Source: an uncultured Planctomycetota bacterium (GTDB lineage: Bacteria; Planctomycetota; Planctomycetia; Pirellulales; Lacipirellulaceae). From it: a stretch of DNA of 64,000 nucleotides. The DNA is taken from NCBI GenBank assembly GCA_963719315.1, contig CAVRBU010000002.1, positions 960,001-1,024,000 on the forward strand, written 5' to 3'. A model generated the notes under the pieces. That model searched no databases. It was not told the origin of the DNA and worked only from the letters and a program-made list of their open reading frames with translations. A program made the translations under genes and the position numbers. Shown one piece after another: positions 52,957 through 63,584 of the stretch. The number at the start of each line of letters is the position of its first letter. The stretch's first letter is position 1.

Positions 52957-54711
52957 GTGAGGAATGAGGAAAGTAGTAAGCGGTTGATGCTATTCGATGG
53001 TTGGATACTAGCATTGGGAAAGCGGCGAGCGCTCGCCTGCGCTTTCGGCGCGAGCGTAGCCTTGGGCTTCGTGCCTGGGGCGTTCGCCGTGGACGATGTG
53101 GCCGGCAACATGATCCTCATCAACGACAATGGCGGTTGGTCGTGGTTCGAAGACGAACGGGCCATAATCGACTCGTCGGCAGGCGCCGCCGGCAAGCTGA
53201 TCGTCAGCTCGGTCGGCAATAGTGCCGGGTCCGGCGGCGCAGCCCGCAGTGGCGACGTTGATATTGCGGCGGTCGATCTGGCGACCTCCGCCGTCAGCCG
53301 CTTCACGCTAAAAGCTGGATTTCAAGCCGACGACCACGATTCGGCGGCCCTCTGGCGGCGGACCGATGGCCGATATCTGGCCCTCTACTCTAAACACGGC
53401 GGCGAACAGGTGACCCGTTATCGAATTTCAACCAATCCGGGCGATATTTCTAGCTGGGGCGCCGAACTCACGATCAACAATGGTGCCGGCACCACCTATT
53501 CCAACCTGCACTATCTTTCGGCCGAAAACGGCGGCAACGGCCGACTGTACAACATCTCCCGTACCGTGGACCTCGATCCGCACGTCGTCTATTCCGATGA
53601 CCTCGGCCAATCGTGGAACACCGCCGGCCGGCTGCTCAACTGGCCGACACCGGTCGGCGATCCGAAATTCACCGGCACCGATGGCAGCCGCCCCTACCTT
53701 AAATACGCCTCGAACGGCGTCGATGAAATCCATTTCATCACCTCGACCGATCACCCCCGGGCCTACGACAACAGCATTTACCACGGCGTGATCAAAAGCG
53801 GCAAGGTATACGATTCGTTCGGCAACGTGGTCGACAACAATCTCTTCGACGGTATCGCCCTGCCACCCACCGCCTACACAACCGTCTTCGATACCGATAC
53901 GTCGCCGCTGGGATTCGCCTGGACGACCGATCTCGCCCTCGATGCCCAAGGCAGGCCCTACGCGGCGATGACGGCGCGCGCCAACAACAACAACTCCAAC
54001 GATCATCGCTTCCTGTACGGCCGCTTCGATGGCACACAGTGGAACGTCCACGAGGTCGCCAAGGCCGGGAGCTACCTCTATGCCTCGGAGAACGATTACA
54101 CGGGGCTGATGGCGCTCGACCCCAGCAACCCCGATCGAATCTTCATTTCCACGCCGATCGACCCGCGAACACAGGTGTCGATGGCCCACTACGAAATCTT
54201 CGAGGGCGACACGACCGACGGCGGCGCGAATTGGACGTGGGAACCGATTACGTTCGATTCGACGGTGGATAACATCCGGCCGATCGTCCCTAAGTGGGAC
54301 GCCAGCCACACGGCGGTCCTCTGGATGCGGGGCCATTATTCCAGTTACACGTCGTACGACCTGGACATCGTGGGCCTGACCGAAATCGGCTCCCTGGTTT
54401 CGTATCCGCTCGGCGACATCGACCGGGACCACGACGTGGACGTCGACGACTATGCGATGCTCCTCAGCGGTCTCCACACCGACTTGACGGGCTTATCGTC
54501 CGATGAGGCACGCGAACGGGGCGATTTGAACGGCGACTACAAGAGCGATTTCCAGGACTTCGTGATTTTTCGCGGCGCGTACGACATGTTCCACGGCGCC
54601 GGATCGTTCGCGGCAATGAACGCTGCAGTTCCCGAACCAGCCACCTGGGCGCTATTCGCGTTGGCCGCAATAAACGGCGCCGTGCTGCGGGCCCGCGCGA
54701 CGCAGCAATGA
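52957..54711 (+). CDS. BNR-4-like beta-propeller protein with dockerin-like pair and PEP-CTERM
   Basis: GGWSWFEDERA, DDHDSAAL, YSDDLGQSW Asp-box, RPYLKY, VPEPATWALF; exact start uncertain. Confidence 0.82.
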   Translation: MRNEESSKRLMLFDGWILALGKRRALACAFGASVALGFVPGAFAVDDVAGNMILINDNGGWSWFEDERAIIDSSAGAAGKLIVSSVGNSAGSGGAARSGDVDIAAVDLATSAVSRFTLKAGFQADDHDSAALWRRTDGRYLALYSKHGGEQVTRYRISTNPGDISSWGAELTINNGAGTTYSNLHYLSAENGGNGRLYNISRTVDLDPHVVYSDDLGQSWNTAGRLLNWPTPVGDPKFTGTDGSRPYLKYASNGVDEIHFITSTDHPRAYDNSIYHGVIKSGKVYDSFGNVVDNNLFDGIALPPTAYTTVFDTDTSPLGFAWTTDLALDAQGRPYAAMTARANNNNSNDHRFLYGRFDGTQWNVHEVAKAGSYLYASENDYTGLMALDPSNPDRIFISTPIDPRTQVSMAHYEIFEGDTTDGGANWTWEPITFDSTVDNIRPIVPKWDASHTAVLWMRGHYSSYTSYDLDIVGLTEIGSLVSYPLGDIDRDHDVDVDDYAMLLSGLHTDLTGLSSDEARERGDLNGDYKSDFQDFVIFRGAYDMFHGAGSFAAMNAAVPEPATWALFALAAINGAVLRARATQQ

Positions 54712-54825
54712 AACAGAGAAGACGTTTGTAGCAAGTGTTTTGTGAATCGACCCAACATAGGACTAAGTTGAGATCGACCCTACGAATTTCAGAACGAAAA
54801 AACTGTTCCACCGGAGGTAGCGACA

Positions 54826-57538
54826 ATGTTACAGCGTACGAAAAACTCGTTTTTGTCTTTGCTGCTTACAGCAGCCTACACGGCCATCCTAGTGGCGGGC
54901 GCCGGGGGTCAACTCGCGCAGGCCGTCGGTTTGGTCTACGTCGAAGCGGACCCGTTTAGTGGAAACATCTCTCCCGTGGAAGCCATTGAATCGCCTCAAG
55001 TCAACGACTCCAACCTCTGGGGCGGGCGAACCGGCTTTGGCGCCAATTCAACCATCTTCGAATCCGGTATCTCCGAGGATTCGCCCGAACTTACGCAGAC
55101 CATAACCGGTCTGACGCCCGGCAACAGTTACAACGTCTACGGCGTCTACTGGACCGATCAAGATGAAAACTGGTCGCTCAGCGCCGGCCTGACTTCGGGC
55201 GCGACCACGCTGTATAGCTATACGGGCACGTCGGGCACGCTCCCCGTCGCCGGCTCGATCCAAGGCGTCGCCGCTTCGCTCGCGGAGTGGGATACGCCAC
55301 CGCCGCCGGGCCCCGGAGCAGCGGGCGATACGCTCTATCTTCAACGGGTCGCGAACCCCCTGATCATGCTCCTGGGAAAGGCCGGAACCGGCGTTGCTGA
55401 TGGTAGTGGCAATCTCAACGTCTTTCTCAATGACAACGCCAACGCCGGCGCGGGCCGGCGTACTTGGCTGGATGGCGTCGCCTATGTCGATGTCACCTCT
55501 GGGGCCGTCCCCATCGCGGCAACCGCCACGCTCAATCGCGCGACGGGCAACTTGACGCTCAATAATCCCACGTCACAAAGCTTTGATATCAAGGCCGTCC
55601 ACATTGAATCGGCTACCACCGGCGCACTCAATGCGGCGACTTGGACGTCAATCCACGATTCCAACGCGTCGTGGACGATCACGAACCCTGCCGACCCGCC
55701 GAATACTCCCTTCACAAACTTGCTGGAGGAGAACGGCGGCGGCACCACGGTCACACTGGCATCCGGAGGTGGTTCGCTGAGCTTCGGCAACGTCTGGAAC
55801 AAGTCGCCTTTCGATCACATCGTGATTTGGCTGACGATGGCGGATGACAGCATTGCCGCCCTTACGCCTCAATACACAGGCCCGACCTACGCTTTCGGCG
55901 ACTTCGATGCCAGTGGCGCAATCGATTTAATCCCGGATTACAATACGCTGCTGACCAATTTGCACACAAACATCTCGGGCCTGACTGCGCATTGAGGGCT
56001 ACCGAAAAGGAGACATCACCGGCGACGGCCTGGTCAATTTCAGCGACTTCGCCGCGTTTCGCGAGTCGTACAATGCCCAGTTCGGAGCAGGCGCATTCGA
56101 GCAAATGCTGGCCAGCGTACCTGAGCCGAGCGGCATCGTACTGATCCTCACAATGGGAGCAATCATGATCGGAATCGTCAGGCGCCGTACCGTCGCATTC
56201 GCATTTGTCCTCGTCGGCTGCTTGGTGATCGCCAACCCCTCGCGAGCGGTTCCATTCTTGTCTATCGACGTGGACGACCGCCAGGCAGACGCGACAGGCG
56301 CGCCCCCGGGCCCGAACACCGTGGCCGGCTTTAGCTCGTTCCAAATACCAGGAACTGGGACGAGTTCCGTCACCAGCGCAACCGGCACCGTCGATGGCTA
56401 TAACATCACATTGACGGCGATCGCATCCACTGGACTGCCAGGCGGTACGGTCGATGACCGAGACCGGACCACGCCCACGACGGCCCCCACTCTGAATCAA
56501 CTATACGACGACTTCATCTTCGCCACGTCTTCCACGCTCGGCTCTGGAATGGACTTGGCAATCACCAGTACGGGCTCGGCGGGGACGCCCCTCTTGCCGA
56601 ATACGCAATACCAGGTCTCGATTTACGCGTTCGATACAGGTTCGACCCCGGCGCCGCAGCCCCGCACATCCGACTGGCTGGATGGCAATTATTTCAATGC
56701 CCCCATGTTCACCTCTTCGTTTAGCGGTGGAAATAGTCCGACCACGGATGATCAATACAAGTACACCGCGATCGCGAACACCGACGGCACCGGAAAACTC
56801 CTCTTGAAAGGCCGCAGCACCGTGGCGGCCGCTGCCGTCTTTCTAAACGGATTCGAAGTTGGGATTCCCGTTGAATTGACGCTCGAGGTCAACACGACCA
56901 CGGGCGCAACGCGAATGCTGAACGAGCAGAGCAATAGCTTCGATCTCAGCTATTACGAAATCCGGAGTGCAAACGGCTCGCTTAAACCCGGTGCTGGCGG
57001 CTGGATGTCTTTCGATGACGCGGAAATGGGCACCGACCCAGTGGGTTCTGGCTGGGACAAAGTTCCGGCGAGTAGCGCGAATATCTTGAGTGAAACGAAT
57101 TTGACATCCATGCTCACTCTTGCGCAGAACGGTTCTGCCCCGCTAGGCAACGCGTTTCAAGTCGGATTCCCGCAGGACGTGCGTTTCTACTACGCTAGTC
57201 CAACTGACACCAAGTTGCGACAGGGGATCATTAAATACATCACCGGCACGGTCGGCGTCCCAGGCGACTATAACAACAACGGCTTCGTGGACGCCGCTGA
57301 CTACGTCGTGTGGCGCAAAAACAATGGCACCAACACGCAACTACCGAACGAGGTTGCGGGCACGACGCCCGGCCAGGTGACCGTCGAAGACTACACCGCC
57401 TGGCGGCAGCGGTTCGGCAACACGTCCGGCAGCGGCTCCTCACTGGGTGAGAACGCCGCCGTACCCGAACCGGCGAGCGTCGGTTTGTTCGTATTGGCCT
57501 TCGTGATAGTCGCCATCGGACGGCGGCGCGCAAACTGA
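54826..57538 (+). CDS. Tandem PEP-CTERM protein with an internal sorting signal; 1-nt frameshift near 55990
   Basis: ORF 54826-55995 continues after one extra base as IEGYRKGDITGDGLVNFSDF...MLASVPEPSG into ORF 56105-57538; final VPEPASVGLFVLAFVIVAIGRRR. Confidence 0.8.
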
Positions 57539-57571
57539 CACAGCCGATGTTTCAGTTGTACATTGGCAATT

Positions 57572-57613
57572 GCCGCCGCGCGACTGGCCGTGGGGTCGCG
57601 CGGCGGCTTTTTT
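57572..57613 (+). terminator. Rho-independent terminator closing the PEP-CTERM operon
   Basis: 13-bp stem GCCGCCGCGCGAC/GTCGCGCGGCGGC plus TTTTTT. Confidence 0.88.
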
Positions 57614-57697
57614 AATTCTCGCCGGATTCGCACGCTGCACCTCCACAATCGTAGTTATCGTAGCGCGGCGTGGACAGGCTGCAATCGACGGCCGATA

Positions 57698-58459
57698 ATG
57701 GCCCTCATGCACGCACGCCTTGCAAACCAACTCGTTTCACTCGCGCTCATTGCCTGGATCGCCACCGCGCATTGCGTGCTGGCAGAAGACAACGCGATCC
57801 CGCCCCCGGCCAAGGAATACAAAGGCCGCGAGATCGCCCAGACAATGCACTTTCTCGGCGCGCCCTGGCTCACGCGCGAGTCGCGCGAGCGGGAAGAGGA
57901 CTGTAAAACGATGCTCGCCGCGCTCAAGCTCAAGTCGGGCGACGTCGTTTGCGATCTGGGCTGCGGAAACGGGTTTTACACGCTGAAGCTCGCCAACCTC
58001 GTCGGCGATAAAGGCCGCGTCTACGCGGTTGATATTCAGCGCGAGATGCTGGAACTGCTCAAGGACCGGGCCGCCGAGGAGAAGATTACCAACATCGAGC
58101 CGGTGCTGGGCACGCTGGTCGATCCGAAGCTTCCCGCGAATTCAATGGACTTCGTGCTGCTGGTCGACGTGTACCACGAGTTTTCGCACCCCGAGCAAAT
58201 GCTGGCGGCGATTCACAAGAGCCTGAAGCCCGCCGGCCGCGTGGCCTTGGTCGAGTTTCGGGCCGAAGATCCGGCCGTCCCGATCAAGCCGCTCCACAAG
58301 ATGAGCAAAGCCCAAATTATGAAGGAGTTCCCGCCCAACGGCTTCAAGCTCGTGGAGGAGTTCGACAAGCTGCCCTGGCAACACTTAATGTTCTTTCAGC
58401 GGGAAACGGATGCGAACAAGGAGCAGAACGCATCCGAAATTCATGCGCCGGGGCGATGA
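57698..58459 (+). CDS. Class I SAM-dependent methyltransferase with N-terminal signal-like peptide
   Basis: VCDLGCGNGFYT, YAVDIQ, LVDVYHEF, LVEFRAED. Confidence 0.88.
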   Translation: MALMHARLANQLVSLALIAWIATAHCVLAEDNAIPPPAKEYKGREIAQTMHFLGAPWLTRESREREEDCKTMLAALKLKSGDVVCDLGCGNGFYTLKLANLVGDKGRVYAVDIQREMLELLKDRAAEEKITNIEPVLGTLVDPKLPANSMDFVLLVDVYHEFSHPEQMLAAIHKSLKPAGRVALVEFRAEDPAVPIKPLHKMSKAQIMKEFPPNGFKLVEEFDKLPWQHLMFFQRETDANKEQNASEIHAPGR

Positions 58460-58578
58460 TGCCCCGTTGCACGACGTCCCTTCGATGGAAGCCCGCAGCG
58501 CAAGCAAGGGACTCTTGTTGTGGTAGTGCACGGTTCGCCTGCTTGCGCTGCGAGCGCCGATCCGAAGTATCTCCCCGC

Positions 58579-59502
58579 TTATTGCAGCCCAAGAATCTTC
58601 CGCGGGTTGTCGCCCAGCAATTGCTGGATTTGCCGCTCGTTCAATCCCAGCGCGGTGCGCAGATTCTCTTCCGAGCGCTGCATCGTGCCGGCCGATCCGA
58701 CCAGGTGCGTGCGATCGGCCGACCAGGTCGCCAGATTTTCGTCGATCACTACCTTTCGGGCGCCCAGCGAATATTCGCCGGGCCCAAGCCCGGCCCCACA
58801 AATCGCATCGGTCACCACAAACGCGCGCTCGATTCCGCAGCACTTGAGGTAGTTCGCCAGGGCGACGAACGGCACGTGCACGCCGTCGGCAATGAACCCG
58901 ATGTGCAGCCGGCCCGCAAGATTTAGGACGCGCTGGATGATATTGTCGTGTCGCGGCAACAGCCCCGGGCAACCGTTGCCGAGGTGCGTGAACAGCGATA
59001 GCCCGACGTCGATACTGGCTCGCAGTTGAGCGAGCGACGGATTGCAGTGACCGGCGGCGATGCGGATCCCCTGCCCCACCAGAAATTTCGTCACGCGGTT
59101 TTCTGGATCGCGCTCGGGGGCCAGCGTCACGATTCGCGTCAGACCGCCGGCAGCTTCGAGTAATCGCTGCATAAAGTCGAGGTCCGCCGGCCGGGCACAA
59201 TTCCTGGGATGCGCGCCAATGTATCCAGCTTCCTCATTGAAAAACGGGCCTTCGATGTGAATGCCCCAAATCATGTCGGCGATCGCCGCATTCGATTCGC
59301 GCACGCGGCAGATGTTCGCCAGGCGGCGGCACATGGATTCGAGATCGGCCGTGATCACCGTCGCCAGGATACCGCCCACGCCTTCGCTTTTCAGCCGACC
59401 GCACACAGCGGCGACGCGTTCGGCCGGCAACTGGTCGGCGTTGAAATCGACATCTGCGTATCCGTTCACTTGCAGGTCGACAAAGCCACTGGGAGCATGC
59501 AT
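58579..59502 (-). CDS. nagA: N-acetylglucosamine-6-phosphate deacetylase
   Basis: GFVDLQVNG, HIEGPF, GAHP, TLAPE, GHC, THLGNG, IADGVH, VTDA. Confidence 0.9.
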   Translation of the reverse strand: MHAPSGFVDLQVNGYADVDFNADQLPAERVAAVCGRLKSEGVGGILATVITADLESMCRRLANICRVRESNAAIADMIWGIHIEGPFFNEEAGYIGAHPRNCARPADLDFMQRLLEAAGGLTRIVTLAPERDPENRVTKFLVGQGIRIAAGHCNPSLAQLRASIDVGLSLFTHLGNGCPGLLPRHDNIIQRVLNLAGRLHIGFIADGVHVPFVALANYLKCCGIERAFVVTDAICGAGLGPGEYSLGARKVVIDENLATWSADRTHLVGSAGTMQRSEENLRTALGLNERQIQQLLGDNPRKILGLQ

Positions 59503-59539
59503 ACTTTAGCAATTCAGCGTAATTGTGGGGCAGCGGGCG

Positions 59540-59719
59540 ATGGACGTTAAGATTATGCCGGACAAAGCGGCGATGGGAAAGGCGGCGGCCGCGGCCGGCG
59601 CGGAACTCATTCGCCGCGCACTTGCCGACCGAGGCGCCGCCAACATCATTGTCGCCACGGGTGCGTCGCAATTCGAGATGCTCTCGGCGCTCGTCCAAGA
59701 GCCCAATCTCAATTGGAAC
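59540..59719 (+). pseudogene. nagB: Glucosamine-6-phosphate deaminase N-terminus, truncated by an IS66 end
   Basis: MGKAAAAAGAELIR...ANIIVATGASQFEML...LNWN, then similarity stops at GTATCCGTC (59720). Confidence 0.8.
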
Positions 59720-59838
59720 GTATCCGTCTCAGGAACCACACCCTACCAGCCGGTTCAAATACGGTTGTTTTTGGAGAGTGGCGGCCGTTAATGAGTTTTT
59801 GAGACTGCTCACTCCGTGCGGCGCGGATTCATATTCAC

Positions 59839-59914
59839 AAAAAAGGCGGGCGCCGTTTGCTGGGCCCGCCTGAATAGGAGCAATCGCGGGCCGCTTCGCG
59901 ATGAAGCGGCCCGC
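59839..59914 (-). terminator. Tandem hairpins/terminator after the sulfatase
   Basis: 12-bp stem GCGGGCCGCTTC/GAAGCGGCCCGC (59886-59914) and GGCGGGC/GCCCGCC followed by a T-run on the minus strand (59839-59871). Confidence 0.7.
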
Positions 59915-59940
59915 TCAGTTCACCATATCCCATCAACCGG

Positions 59941-61614
59941 CTAGTCGCCTGAGCCAATGACCCGACCGAACGACTCCGGATCACTAAACGCCGGCAGCGG
60001 GTTTTCTGGATTTGACAGGTTCGGGTTCACGTCGCTCGATGCTCCGCCGGGGAATCGCTTGATGTTCGGAAACTTCATGATGGACTTGTCAAAATCAATC
60101 AACACCGGTTGAAGCAGCGACAACGCCCAGCCATTATCATAGCCGGCATATTTGCCCGGCGAGGTTGATGGCATACGCATGGACACCGCACCGTTAAATG
60201 TCATGTCGTATTTCTCGAACGGATCCATCGTGAGGTTGTAAACCGAGCCGATGCCGCTGAGATCCTGTGTAGAACCAAGCCAGGTGTCCTTGGCGGTGAC
60301 AAGGTATTTCCAGGCGATTTTAATCTCGGGATTCGCAGGATCGCCGCCGATATCGGCGCGCATGCCGCCGAACGTTTCACCGTCCACATAGATCCACCCG
60401 TTTCGGGCGGAATGCCGATCTTTACCCATGATATAGGCGCTGTTGTCGATGCTGTCGAAATAGATCGGCTTGCCATCGTTGTCCATCATTTCGCCCACAG
60501 GCGGGGCCTTGATGCCGACCATCGTTGCCAACGTTGACCAGCAGTCAATGTGTGACATCATCTCGCCATAGCGTGCGCCCGCCGGAATCTTGCCGGGTGC
60601 CCACATGATTCCGGGCACACGGAAACCGCCCTCAAATGGCGTGCCTTTTTCGCCACGGAACGGCGACGTGCCGGCGTCAGGCCATGCATCCTGCCACGCG
60701 CCATTGTCGGCGGTGATGATGACGATGGTATTCGGAGCCGCCGCCCGGATGGCATCCATGACCTTGCCGATGTTGTAATCAAGTTCCAGTATTGCATCCG
60801 AGTAGTTTCCAAGGTGCGACTTACCCTCGAACTGCTTTGCCGGGATGTTCGGGTTGTGCATCTTCATGAAGTTGACGTCCATGAAGAACGGCTTGGCGTC
60901 CTTAGCGTGCTTCTTGATATACTCGACGGCCGAATCCGCCTGGCGGATGTCGAATTCATGCAGATAATCGTAGTCAATGCGGGCGACCTTCTTCGCCGGC
61001 TGGCCGGCCACGCCTTCCCATTCGTATAAGTTGCAGACTTCCTGATACATCTTCCAATACGCGGCGTTGAATTTCGGGAACCACGGATGGGCGAACCACG
61101 ACGTGTCATCATAGGTATAAACGCCCGGATAATAAGCGGCGAATTCCTTCATCTCGTCGAAGCCATGTTCAATCGGATAGAGCTCGGGCGTATCGCCGAG
61201 ATGCCATTTGCCGGAAAAGTAGGTGGTGTAGCCGTTCTTCTTGAAGAACTCGGCGATGGTCGGAGTGGACTTCGTCAGGCCGTTGCGGTCACCCGGCGCC
61301 ACTACGACTGAGAGAGCCGAGCGGATCGGATAACGACCGGTCATGAAGGACGAGCGGCCCGCGGTGCAGCTCGCCTGGCCATACCAGCTGGTGAAGACGG
61401 CGCCTTCCTTGGCGATTTGATCAATGTTTGGGGTCGGATGGCCGAGGTTCGCGCCGCCACCATAGCAGCCGAAGTCGTTCCAGCCGGTGTCGTCGGTCAT
61501 GAGTATGACGATGTTGGGTCTTTTGTCCGCTGCCTGAGTCGGGACGACAGCGCAAATAAGCGCCGCCAAAGCGGTCAGCAGCGACAAGCCGCCGGTGATT
61601 AGTTGTCGTTTCAT
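59941..61614 (-). CDS. Arylsulfatase (Cys-type S1 sulfatase)
   Basis: Signal peptide; PNIVILMTDD, SCTAGRS (CxxxR), GKWHLG, TADNG, FRGEKG..FEGGFRVP. Confidence 0.93.
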   Translation of the reverse strand: MKRQLITGGLSLLTALAALICAVVPTQAADKRPNIVILMTDDTGWNDFGCYGGGANLGHPTPNIDQIAKEGAVFTSWYGQASCTAGRSSFMTGRYPIRSALSVVVAPGDRNGLTKSTPTIAEFFKKNGYTTYFSGKWHLGDTPELYPIEHGFDEMKEFAAYYPGVYTYDDTSWFAHPWFPKFNAAYWKMYQEVCNLYEWEGVAGQPAKKVARIDYDYLHEFDIRQADSAVEYIKKHAKDAKPFFMDVNFMKMHNPNIPAKQFEGKSHLGNYSDAILELDYNIGKVMDAIRAAAPNTIVIITADNGAWQDAWPDAGTSPFRGEKGTPFEGGFRVPGIMWAPGKIPAGARYGEMMSHIDCWSTLATMVGIKAPPVGEMMDNDGKPIYFDSIDNSAYIMGKDRHSARNGWIYVDGETFGGMRADIGGDPANPEIKIAWKYLVTAKDTWLGSTQDLSGIGSVYNLTMDPFEKYDMTFNGAVSMRMPSTSPGKYAGYDNGWALSLLQPVLIDFDKSIMKFPNIKRFPGGASSDVNPNLSNPENPLPAFSDPESFGRVIGSGD

Positions 61615-61940
61615 AGGTTTTGTTGCCTCGGAAATATCCCCCGTAAGTTGAGCCGGGCACGTTCCAGGCTTCGAAGAGCACCTAGTCTACTCTACTATCT
61701 TCCCCGCGACGAGCGTTTTTACTTTATTAATGGTCTCCCCAGCGGTCCCCGCTGTGAGGCCCCCGCAGGAAGCTTGGCCTCCCGAGTGACCCGAGAGATG
61801 GTTCGTTTCTCGACATTCGTCGGGAAAAGTCGTTAGGTGATGAATCCTCGGGCGGCGACATTTAAACTCATGTCATCTATCAAAGCGCCGAGTACTCATC
61901 GAAAATTAGCTTTTCGGTGTCGCACCATCCGGTCGCCCAG

Positions 61941-63529
61941 CTACCGCGACCAGCACCGGCGAGATTCCGGGTGGCGCCGCCAACCAAGCGTCCGGCAGTA
62001 GCGCCGCGACCGCGGGCGGCGAATGTCGCGATAACTGGACCAGCAGATCGCGCACGTACGCAAACGGCTCGACCTGATTCGCCTTGGCGCTGGCCATCAT
62101 GCTGTAGAGGATGGCGGCCGCCTTGCCGCCGTTGTCGCTGCCCATGAACAAATAATTCTTGCGGCCGATCGCCACGGGACGGACACTTCGCTCACTCAGG
62201 TTATTGTCGATCGACAGCGCGCCGTTCTCGCAGTAGCGGACCAGTCCGTCCCAACGCGGCAGCACGTACTGCAATGCTTGGCCGATGGGACTCTTGGGCA
62301 GCACGCTCTGCTCGGTGGCCTGGAGCCACTGGCGAAACTCGCCGAGCAAGGGCAAGGAATGTTGTTGTCGCAGCTCCAAGCGCTGCTGATGCCAGACCAA
62401 CCACGCTTGCTCACTTTCGAGTCCGTCGGGGCCGATCAACTCCTTAGCGTCGCGTTCGACGCGATACAACCGCGCAATGTAAGCGAGTGCAATGTGGGCG
62501 ACCTCGGGCTGCACGGTGCGGGCATCATAGAACTTCCGCCGCGCATGCGCCCAACAGAGCACCTGCTTAACGCTGCCCGCGGCGTAGATACCGTCGTAAC
62601 CGGCGAACGCATCGGCATGGAGATATCCCTCAAAGCGTCTTCAAGAATTCCACAGGTCCGTCGCGCTTTCGGCTCGTCGTGTAGTCGTAAACCGTGAAGG
62701 GATTTCGCCAGTCGCCGCAGTAGACCCAGAATCGCGCCGTGCGGGTTTTCGGCAAACTGGCATCGAGCACGGGGACCGGCGTATCGTCGGTGTGGATCGA
62801 CTCCGATGAGCGAACCCGCTCGACCATCACCTGATAGACCGGTTCCAGTATGGCCGCGGCCTGCATCGCCCACCGGCACAGCGTACTTCGTGATAGCTCG
62901 ACTCCGCTGCGGGCGAACACGTCTTCCAGCCGGTACAGCGGGAGATGATCGGCGTACTTGCTGACCACCACGCTGCTTAACAGGCCGGGCCCTGGCAGGC
63001 CTTTGGCGATCGGCTTATCGGGGACCGGAGCGATGATGACCTGTTCTTCGCAGCGACGGCAAGCGTACTTCCAGCGTCGATGCTCGATGACTTTCAGAAC
63101 GGCCGGCACGAATTCCAATTGCTCGCTCGTCTCGCAGCCGATTCGCTGTCGCGTCTCACCGCAGCATGGACATGACTTTTCAACTTCGGCAAGATCGTGG
63201 TCCACAACTTCGCGAGGCAGGTGATCGGGCAGCCGTCCGCGGCCGCCGCCTCGACGAAGGTGTTCACGCACAAGTAGCGGATCGGGGTCTTCGGCTGTCG
63301 CGATTGGGACTGGTGCCGAATCGTCAGAGTCGCCTGCGTCAAACATCGACAGTTGGTTGGGATCAACTCGTTCACTACGAGGACCATATCGGCTGCGAAG
63401 CAACTGTTCGACGAAATGCTTTGCCTGCGCTAACTCGCGTTGCAGTTGATCGATCGTCGACTGCTGCTCATCAATGATCTGATGGCAGAGCGACAAATCG
63501 TTGGGGCGAGGCACGGCATCCGAGCTCAT
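61941..63529 (-). CDS. IS66 transposase TnpC, frameshifts near 62635 and 61975
   Basis: YGPRSER, CPCCG, KYADHLPLYR, HTDDTPV, CWAHARRKF, IDNNLSERSVRPVAIGRKNYLF. Confidence 0.9.
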
Positions 63530-63584
63530 GCATCATTAGACGAGGGCAGAGACGAGTTGGTTCGTTCTTATGTGAACAAAAACC

